Shown: piece after piece, positions 54,490-64,000 of the stretch
How the letters are laid out: each line of letters opens with the position of its first letter
Position numbering within the stretch: position 1 is the stretch's first letter
Assembly: GCA_051294375.1 (NCBI GenBank)
Contig: CM119269.1
Coordinates: forward strand, 1,256,537-1,320,536
Origin: Paraspadella gotoi
Taxonomy: Eukaryota; Animalia; Chaetognatha
Direction of reading: 5' to 3'
Length of the DNA: 64,000 nucleotides
Notes under the pieces: model-generated
What the model saw: the letters and a program-made list of their open reading frames with translations, nothing else
What the model was told of the DNA's origin: nothing
Database searches by the model: none
Made by a program: the position numbers and the translations under genes

Positions 54490-56560
54490 GAGATTGTGGT
54501 CAAAATCCTCGCCCTCTAATCTCATGATGACGAAGGCAAAAACTGGAAAGCAAAAAGAAAAACAATATTCATGAATTCTCCTTGGATGGTCTTGAGTGTC
54601 ATTGAGTCCATCGTCGTCGTTTCTGTCGTCGTCATCCTCGTCGGTGTCGTCGTTTCGTCGTTGTCATCGTCGCCGACGTCGTTGACCAGAAGGAAGATGA
54701 ACATTCCCGGAGTCAAAGGCCTCGAGACACGAAAGACTTGCAAAGACGATGGCAGATGGACGAGGGAGGCAAAGGGAGGCAATGCCGGGCTGGCAGTAGT
54801 GGTCAGGAAAAGATCTGTTAAAAATAATTCGTTTGACAAAAATACCATTTGTATCTCAGAAGGAACAATTACAACGAGATTTATACAGTCGTTAATAATA
54901 ATTTAAATAAGTAATAATTAATTAAAATTAATGATAATAACACTGGTGAAGACAAATTTGGCATTAGCTAACCTATGAAATTGGTACAACCAATATAAAA
55001 ATTATCCATTCATTTTAATAAATAAGCTATTCCTGCCCCTGACTTTGGACAGTGTTGTTTTATTATGAAAAAAAATCGTAGTCGGATGGCCTTAAATTAG
55101 TAAGTTTATTATAGACATTGCGAAGTTTTGAATAAATCATGATTTGGCGAAAACAGGGCGTGAGAACTTGGGAAGTAGAAAATTGCCATAAGGTTTCATT
55201 CGATTCGTTCATTAATCAAATAAATTAAAAATATTGATAGAGAAATGTTTGATAACAGATTGTGTTTGCTTAGCGAGAATGAGAAAGAGGAAGAGGAGTG
55301 TCGCTGATATTGAAACCGTTGTTGCTTCGATGGTCAGAAGAGCGACGGAAAAAACAATGGGGGTTAGCTGGAGCTGGAGAGAGAGTTAAAATCAGGGTGG
55401 AGCGTGGAGTGACAGGAAGTACGAAAGAAGAGATGGGGCGAATAATGGGTGGGGGGGGGGACGCGAAGGAGAAATGAATCCGTTCTTAACAATGAACAAT
55501 TTAAAGAAGAGAAAGAGAATAAAGAAAAAATGAAGGGAATGAAAATATTTTCTCTTTCTCATTTTTATCGAAGAAACTTGTAAAGTTCACTTACGATCTG
55601 AAGGTTACTGATATAAAGATAAAGAATCTATAATCATCTTATTTTTTTCTCTCCTGCGCTGAGTTATTTTAGATTGATTCTATAAATACCGTACCAGTGA
55701 AACGTTTTTCTCTTTTTCAAAAAAAAAAAATCAGACAATCCATCTAAACAAAGAAACGAGAGACACAAACGACCAAACAGACTGACGATCGCTAATCGAA
55801 ATCCCGAGGGGAGACGAAAATTTCGAGATTAAAACGTCGGATTTAATTGTACATTACCACCCTCTGAGTTTTTGCTTGTTTTTTTACCTCCACCACTTTT
55901 GTCGCGACGAAGATAAAGCAATTAATCCTCTCTTCTCTCTCTCTCTCTCCACATTTTTGACAAAGTGAAAAATATCAGATGAATCATCATAATTGATTGA
56001 AAAATTCATAATTGAATGTTAAGAAATAAGACGGAAAACAGCAACCAACTGTCTTCATCAGAAAATAAATAACGACGAATAACGATGTACAATTTGTACA
56101 TACTAGTGAAAGATCAGAATCACCCAGAGTCATCAAGAATCAGGAAATGAGAAAATAAAGAGTCGGGATCGGTCATCGAGAATCAGCTTTTTTTATTTCC
56201 AGATGCGAAACTCGGGCGATGAATCACTTTCCCAGTCACTTATTTTCCGTTTTATCTTTACGTACAAAGTTTATAAAGATAAGAAACTAACAAAAAGTTT
56301 CGACTCTTAAAACCTATCTTAGCTTCTCGTATAGGTGAGCGGTGAGGGTTATGTTTCTTATACTGTGTATTTATAATTTATTCGTAAAAATAATTTTTCT
56401 CCAGAAAAAACACTCGGCGCCAAAGACTAATTTTTGTTAATATTAATTGAGGATTCGAAAGATGAATTACGAGGTTTTTTTTTTTCGCTTTCGCATCAAA
56501 GAAATGCAGATGACGAGATGAGAAAAAAAATGGAGATAAAAAAAATGAGAAAAAGTGATT
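54490..56560. repeat. Shuffled duplicate of 51937-54190
   Basis: 54490-55396 is the inverse of 52654-53545, 55397-55934 is a direct copy of 51937-52476, and 55948-56560 is the inverse of 53575-54190. Confidence 0.9.
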
Positions 56561-57149
56561 TTCTTTTAAAAACAAAAAACCACCTGATTTTCTTTTCTTA
56601 GTGGCGTCTGACTTTGCTGGAGTGGTGAGTGAGTGAGTGAGTGAGTGAGTGAGTGAGTGAGTGAGTGAGTGAGTGAGTGAGTGAGTGAGTGAGTGAGTGA
56701 GTGAGTGGGGAGGAGTAGTGAGATGTGGTTAATGGTGAAAATAAAAAAACTTTTTCACAAATTCCCTGCGACGGCAACACATTTAAATAACCCTTTCTTG
56801 TTTTTAACTGATCTTCATGTATTTTTTTAAATTCGGATTTACTGCTTTCTCATCTTAGTGTTTATGACTTTGCTTGAATTTATCTCGATCAGTCACCATT
56901 AATTTCAGCATTTATAAGTGGAACCCACGATAGCAAGATCGACGCAGAGACGGACAGACAGATGGACGAATCATAAATCTTTCTTTTTTTTTCTTCAGCG
57001 CCTGATGAACTAAATCCATCAACGATTCGTTCAGGCGATTTCTTTCTTTTTTTTTTCTTTCTTTTTTTTATTTCCTTCGGCGGATTCTGGATAAGAGTTG
57101 ATAAATAACAAAATAAATTAAAAAATTATTTTATCTTTTTCCAGTCCAG

Positions 57150-57325
57150 TCTTGAAGTCAGTTGATGATCTTGATCTTGATGATCTTGATCTTGAAGTCA
57201 GTTGATGATCTTGATCTTGATGATCTTGATCTTGATGATCTTGATGATCTTGATCTTGATGATCTTGATCTTGATGATCTTGATCTTGATGATCTTGATG
57301 ATCTTGATCTTGATGATCTTGATCT
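57150..57325. repeat. Compound (GATCTT)/(GAT) tandem repeat
   Basis: tgatcttgatcttgatgatct.. array; it produces the QDH/DLD pseudo-ORFs. Confidence 0.9.
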
Positions 57326-58791
57326 AGTTCACCGAATCTCGCGATTTTCGGCGGCGAAGTCGAAACCAAAGAAGATGATGGACAGAAGAAAAAAAGCCGA
57401 GGAGGATAAGAAATGGGGGTTTGGGGGTTGGGGTTTGGGGGTTGGGGGTTGGAGGTGGTGGAGGTGGTGAAGGAGGTGGGGATTGAGGTGGCCTTGGGGA
57501 TGAAGGGTTGCGCTTCGGATGGTTGAAGGGTGGCTGAAGATCGAGGAGGGAAAAAGGAGACTAAAAGGAAACGGGATAATCGAATGAGTGGCGACGTACA
57601 CAAACGAGGTTATAGAATATATAAAGAATATATATGAGGTTATATTTATAACATACGAAGATATAAGATGCTTAAGGAAAAAGGAGCGAGAAATTGTTTT
57701 CATCGAACCAGGATAGTAGACTCGAAACGAGATGGCGCAACATATTAATGAAATGTCTGTCGCCTCAAGTCGATGTGAAAAAAAAATGAAAGTCTGGACG
57801 TGAAAGCGAAAAAAAAGTCGGTGAGACAGATGGAGTTGAATGAATTGAAAAAAGTGAAGATTGACGATGTGAAAAATAATCACAACTCTGTCGAGTGCGG
57901 TGTTTTTTATTTTGGCGATAGGACGAAGTGACCCGTGAACCCTGAACCCGTGAACCCTGAACGCATTCATTCATTCACCATTTGTTTTCTTGATATTTTT
58001 TAGTCTTTGCGTCGAATCATTTTTTGTCGGCGGGAGCGAATCTTTGATCATCCACTCTTAAATTTTCTGTTTTNNNNNNNNNNNNNNNNNNNNNNNNNNN
58101 NNNNNNNNNNNNNNNNNNNNNNNNNNNNNNNNNNNNNNNNNNNNNNNNNNNNNNNNNNNNNNNNNNNNNNNNNNNNNNNNNNNNNNNNNNNNNNNNNNNN
58201 NNNNNNNNNNNNNNNNNNNNNNNNNNNNNNNNNNNNNNNNNNNNNNNNNNNNNNNNNNNNNNNNNNNNNNNNNNNNNNNNNNNNNNNNNNNNNNNNNNNN
58301 NNNNNNNNNNNNNNNNNNNNNNNNNNNNNNNNNNNNNNNNNNNNNNNNNNNNNNNNNNNNNTCTCTCTCTCTCTCTGAGTTTAAAACATTCTTTAGGTAA
58401 CAACTGGAAGTATTCAAAACAAAGGGCTCTTTTTAATTTTTTTTGAAATATTTTCGTTAAAGTGAATTGATTGCTCCTTCGAAATGAAAAACAAAAACAA
58501 AAACAAAAACAAGAAAAGAATTTAACGAGATTTATTCAAAGAGCTTTTTTCAATTTTATCCTTCAAACAGATATATTACATTATGCTGGCCGTTCCCGAG
58601 CTCAGAAAATCGAATTAAATAATTGAGTACAAATTAATCCGAATTAAAAGTATTATTTATCAAACTTATCGAAAGGAAAGGAAACAATTTATTACGAAAG
58701 GAGTTTTTTTTTTCTCCCTTGTGCCACAACTACGGAAAAACATATACGGCTTTATATGCAACAACCAAAAACATTAACAACGAAGTAAACA

Positions 58792-58843
<52 letters not shown>

Positions 58844-59403
58844 ACGGTCGACCCTCTCGCGGTCGAGGCAAGGTCGAGAATCATTTGACATGGAACCGTC
58901 AATCCTGGCACCGACCGAATTTCCAGGCCTCGACAGTCCGACGAAATCCCTTCCTCTTCCTCACTATCTCCTTTTTNNNNNNNNNNNNNNNNNNNNNNNN
59001 NNNNNNNNNNNNNNNNNNNNNNNNNNNNNNNNNNNNNNNNNNNNNNNNNNNNNNNNNNNNNNNNNNNNNNNNNNNNNNNNNNNNNNNNNNNNNNNNNNNN
59101 NNNNNNNNNNNNNNNNNNNNNNNNNNNNNNNNNNNNNNNNNNNNNNNNNNNNNNNNNNNNNNNNNNNNNNNNNNNNNNNNNNNNNNNNNNNNNNNNNNNN
59201 NNNNNNNNNNNNNNNNNNNNNNNNNNNNNNNNNNNNNNNNNNNNNNNNNNNNNNNNNNNNNNNNNNNNNNNNNNNNNNNNNNNNNNNNNNNNNNNNNNNN
59301 NNNNNNNNNNNNNNNNNNNNNNNNNNNNNNNNNNNNNNNNNNNNNNNNNNNNNNNNNNNNNNNNNNNNNNNNNNNNNNNNNNNNNNNNNNNNNNNNNNNN
59401 NNN

Positions 59404-59530
59404 ATTCCTATTTCCTTTTTTTGCCAGTTCCCATTTTCCCTCTTTGCCATTCCTATCTCCTTTTGTTGCCAGTTCCCCTTTTCCCTCTTTGCCATTCCGA
59501 TATTTATTTTGCTCCCTTTCTTGCCAGTCG
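59404..59530. repeat. ~45-bp tandem repeat running into an N-gap
   Basis: attcctatYtccttttKttgccagttcccMttttccctctttgcc, 2-3 visible copies. Confidence 0.75.
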
Positions 59531-60428
59531 ATTTCTCGAAATAACTGGATCCGGATTCTGCTTTCGCTTCGTCGCGCGCAACATAAACTTTCCACGGACT
59601 CGGAGCGAACATAAACTTTAGAATTTTCTTTCCTTTAGCTTTTTCCTTATTTCCTTTCATTGCTCCTCTTTTTCTATATTCCTTTTCAAATTAATTGAGG
59701 AGTCGCCGGAGGGAGACCGGTAGGCCAGTTTTTGGGTAAGTCTCGTTGCCCAAAGGAAACAATGGAATAAATTACATTCTTCAGAAGGAAAAGGTGCGTC
59801 CGTTTAGGCGATGACAGAAAGAAAAACCATACGGACGAATCGAGATTCTCTAACAATTTTTAGGCGAGAATCCAAACATAATTTGTCACGGATCGAAAAT
59901 ATTTTTGTCAACTTTTTGTCAACTTTTTGTCTTTTCTTGTCTTTTCTTGTCTTTTCTTGTCTTTTCTCTTGCTTTTTGTCTCCAAACGGAATGCGTCCCG
60001 CTTTGTCTCCCAACCAAACTTTTCTGACATTCGGCTCCGTTCGCCGCCACCAACGCCACCGAGTCCGCCGCCGCCACTGCCGCCACTTTCTTCTCCCTCT
60101 CCCTCTCCCTCTCCCTCACCGTCTCGTCTTCTTCCTTCCTTCCTCCTCCTCCTCCTCCTCCTTATCCTCCTCCTCCTCCTCCCCTTATTTCAACATCGAA
60201 CAAAAATCGCATCCACATGTCATCTTTTCACTCGGGGCGCCTTCGCAACGGAACGTTTCGGTTAATTACATCCTTCCTTTTTTGAGCGAATTGATTGAAT
60301 CTCCGGATGTAATTGAGAAACGAGGCGCGAATTTCCGTTTGTCCCGACGATTTCCAAAATACTTTTCCTCTCTTTTTTTTTCTCTTTTGCGTCGTATGAA
60401 AATGATAAGCTCCTCCTATCAGCTCCAA

Positions 60429-60534
<106 letters not shown>

Positions 60535-62272
60535 CCCGTCGCTGTCTCTGTCTCACCCGGAACCGAATCCAAGTGATGAATAACGAGTTGGGTCGCGAAG
60601 AGGAACTTTGCGGTTCTTTCAAAGTCAAGTTGGAGAAAAAAATGAAGGCTTCACTTACCTCGTGGCCTTTTGTTTTACTTTATCAATTGACCAGCTCGAT
60701 GATGATTGTCGCTTTTAATGACAATATCACTATCACTTTTATCTGTAATCTATAAACAATCTATTATGAACAGTCAGTGAGATCAAGCGGAACCCAATGT
60801 GGCAGAAAATTATTACCAATTCACAAAAGAAGCTAATCCAAGCCATCCAAACCACGGCCGGTATTATACCTGTTACGTAATAATCCGATTATACATTTAA
60901 TGACTTGACAATAATTGCTCTCTCATTCACTCGGCGTGAGTCACGATTTGAAACAGGTTAGGAACCTAATTTTAACAACACGTTGGATAAAGTCCATCGT
61001 GGCCGTAATATAAATAGTAACGCTTTGGATTAACTTTTTTTTTGGGGGGGGGAAACCCAATAGTCCTCAGTACTGGCCCTAGTCTTTGCAAAAGAGTGGC
61101 AGGTCCGGTAGAAAGCCTACCACCGGATCCGAAGGGCAACTGACGGAAAAATCACACTAAATGTATCTATTATGTATTATGTATCAATCATGAGTCATTT
61201 CTAAAATCGTTTTCAGTTTGGAGACGCGAGCGAAATCATTGAGTTGGTGAATTAGTGAAGATTAAGTTGTGCAATACACAATTGTGCATTCAAAGTCGGG
61301 GTAATGAATTCGCGGGCAGTGTGGGAACTGAGGCAGAGAACTTGGGTCGCAGGTTGAGATGAGGGAGCTAATAAGAAATTGCGATATTGCACCTGACTAA
61401 TGACTAATGACTAATGACACATGGACCTGACTAATGACTATTGGGATGAGCGGGAGAGAGAAGAAAAAGAGAAGTACAATGAGAATTATCATTAATACCG
61501 TTGACAAAGAATAATGTAAAACTAATAAGTTAAAAAGAAGAGAAATTTTAATAATGAAAAGCAAAAAAAACAAAACGACCCAAAAAAAAATCGACGATAA
61601 AAAAAAAACTGGCAGAATTTAAATTCTATTTTTTTTTTTTTATTATCCGTCAAAATTGCACATCTCCCGCTAATTGCGCTCGGTATCTGTTCGGACGGAC
61701 GGAGGCAGGACGGATTCCGGAATTTGAAAAAAAAAGGTTTGACGATTGTACGACTTCCGAGGTTTCAGCGGTTTTATATGGTCGGTCGGTCGCGTCGGTC
61801 GGGTGGTCGCGCGCGGTTCGCGTCGGATCGGCCTCCGGTTCGACGGTTCGGTCGTGGTCGGTGTCGCGATCGGTCGTCGCGTCGTCGGTCGGTCAGGTCT
61901 CGGTCGGTCGCGTCGGTCGGTCGTCGGTCGGTCGTCGGTACGGTTCGCGTCGTCGAATCGTCGTCGTCGTCGTCCGTCGTTAGTAGAGCATGCGAATTGG
62001 TGAACGTGAAAAGAGAGACTCACTGTGGAGGCGACACGAATCACGGTCTCGAGTGAAACCGAGGAAAAGTCTGAGAGTGAGGGGGGGAGTGTTGTGAAAC
62101 GGGGGGGGAGGGGGGAAGGTAAAAAAGGGAAGTCATTTACTGGTGAGGTAGTGTCGTTGTCACTGGTGCCCACAGCTTCTCTCTCTCTCTTCTCTCTCTC
62201 TCTCCTCTCTCTGCTCCGCAGTATTTCAACACTCGTCTTTGGATTTCAATTTTTTTTACGTATGTATCGGTA

Positions 62273-62364
<92 letters not shown>

Positions 62365-62419
62365 GCGTGATTTCAACAACTCGTCTTTTGGATTTCAATT
62401 TTTTTACGTATGTAGGGTA

Positions 62420-62476
<57 letters not shown>

Positions 62477-62599
62477 CTCTCTTCACTTACACAGACACAC
62501 TCACACAGACACACTCACTGGGCACTAAACTCAATTCCAAAAAAATCAACTCTTTCCTCTCGAAATCGGATCAAAGAGCGATCTTGGCTTTAGTCCCGC

Positions 62600-62670
62600 A
62601 TTTCAGCCAATGGGAAGCCTTCACTCATCTTGTCGTCCAATCAGAGCGAGGCTAGGGATCCGCCCCTCCA
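62600..62670 (+). promoter_or_regulatory. Probable SNX3 promoter: two CCAAT boxes and a GC box
   Basis: CCAAT at 62607 and 62637 (30 bp apart, NF-Y-like spacing) and CCGCCC at 62660. A plausible 5'UTR intron runs from GT at 62908 to AG at 63152, before the ATG at 63187. Confidence 0.55.
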
Positions 62671-63186
62671 AACACTTCAATTTTCAGATCAAGATCCAAA
62701 TAAAGACTCTCAGGTCGAAATCGTTTAAAAAAAGATTGGCGAATTATTTTTTTATAAAATAGTAATATAAATATATTAAAATATATTAAACAAGCCTTTA
62801 AACATAAAGAAATTCGAAGTCAGAACGAAGACAAGCGAAAAACAAAATAAAAAGAGGAAAAAGTTCGTTCGCAGCGAAAAGATTTACTACACGTCTTCGT
62901 TGACTCGGTAATCTTTTTAAATCTTCTTTCTTTTTAAATCTTCTTTCTTTTTAAATCTTCTTTCTTTTTTAATTCTGGTTTTTTTTCTTAGTTTTTTCAA
63001 TTTCTAGTCGTTCGTATTTTCGTCTCAAACTATTTATTTTAAGAATAGGGATTAATTGACATATGCGTATATATATAATATTATATAATATATATATATG
63101 TAAATTGTCTAAATCTCTCCCTTTGCAACCTCATCGTCCTTCTATCTTCCAGCCCCTCATCTCCCCCCCCTCTGTCCCACGTTGTC

Positions 63187-64000
63187 ATGGCAACGGCTCG
63201 CATCGCGGCCCCGAAACAGACGCTGGACGACGCCTACGCGCCGCCGGCCAACTTCCTCGAGATCGACATCCGGAGTCCGGAGATTCACGGATTCGGGAAC
63301 AAACGATTCGTCGACTACGAAGTCAAGATGAAAACCAACTTGCCCGTCTTCAAGCTCAAGGAAGCCTCCGTACGGAGAAGGTGCGCCGGGATGCATTTGC
63401 TGAAGTCGTCGCTGTCGTCATTGCTATCGAACTACGTCGTCTTTGATTTGCTGTCATTATGGTAGTCTTTGCTTTCCTTCTGTGTCAGCATTGATTTGCT
63501 GTCTTTATGGTTGTCATTGCTATCCATCTGTGTCGTCTTTGGTTTGCTGTAGTTGTTGTTGTTATTTCTATTGACCTGCGTCGTATTTTGTTTGCTGTCG
63601 TTGCTGTTGTTGCTGCAGTTCCTTTTCCTTCTATATCTCTCGCTTTTGCTTTTAATTTCCATATCCTTTCCCTTCTTTTTTTTGAACTATCTCCTTTCCT
63701 TTCTTCTTCCCTTCCTCGTAGATACAGCGACTTCGAATTTTTGGCGGCCGAGTTGGAGAAAAACTCCAAGATCGTCGTCCCACCGTTGCCGGGGAAATCC
63801 TTCAAGAGACAGTTGCCCTTCAGAAGCGACGAAGGTAGTTCATTTAATGTATTAATTTTATCATTTAATACGATTGAATGATTTGATTAATTACATTGAT
63901 TCGATTAGATGATTGTGATTGGATGTTTGATCGACTCATTGACCAATCCTGATTTGAACGCCAGGTCTTTTCGAAGAGGAATTCATCGAGCGGCGTCGCG
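63187..64000 (+). CDS. SNX3: Sorting nexin 3/12 (PX-domain only), 5' part; the gene runs off the window end
   Basis: Exons are 63187-63380, 63722-63834 and 63965-64000+, with GT-AG introns (GTGCGC..TAG, GTAGTT..CAG) whose phases match. The spliced protein is MATARIAAPKQTLDDAYAPPANFLEIDIRSPEIHGFGNKRFVDYEVKMKTNLPVFKLKEASVRRRYSDFEFLAAELEKNSKIVVPPLPGKSFKRQLPFRSDEGLFEEEFIERRR. It carries SNX3/12 hallmarks (DAY.PP.NFLEID, TNLP.FKLKE, VRRRYSDF, VPPLPGK, RQLPFR). SNX3 and SNX12 cannot be distinguished; invertebrates typically have one ortholog. Confidence 0.95.

Noticed and set aside
57118-57603. QDH-repeat protein ORF
   Set aside because: Derived from the GATCTT/GAT tandem repeat, with no supporting splice or start context.

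Overview
Eukaryotic, animal-like (probably invertebrate) draft genomic DNA. The background is AT-rich with GC-rich exons and short introns. Microsatellites are extremely dense ((AG)n, (TTA)n, (CAT)n, (GAC)n, (GAAA)n), and there are about 18 N-gaps, mostly beside microsatellites. Almost all supplied ORFs are microsatellite artefacts. Three spliced genes can be built by hand. (1) A 5-exon, 99-aa secreted Thr/acidic peptide with a C-terminal CSSYPGLPYC loop (9579-11686, +), which the ORF track misses entirely. (2) A minus-strand type-I membrane protein with two LDLa modules, a TM helix, two PPxY motifs and a C-terminal -TEL (13611 to at least 16396; LDLRAD3/LDLRAD4-like architecture). Its TM exon needs two single-base indels to stay in frame. 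(3) The 5' part of a sorting nexin SNX3/SNX12 gene (63187 to the window end, +) with a CCAAT/GC-box promoter. The window also holds DINE-1/HINE-like (Helentron) non-autonomous elements, a Helitron-like end, a 1.5-kb insertion present in one of two tandem copies, a short interspersed repeat family and several kb-scale direct and inverted duplications. The second copies are indel-ridden and are most likely assembly or haplotype artefacts. There are no prokaryotic systems, CRISPR arrays or rRNA genes. I found no clearly new multi-gene system; the orphan secreted peptide and the frameshifted LDLa receptor are the best leads.
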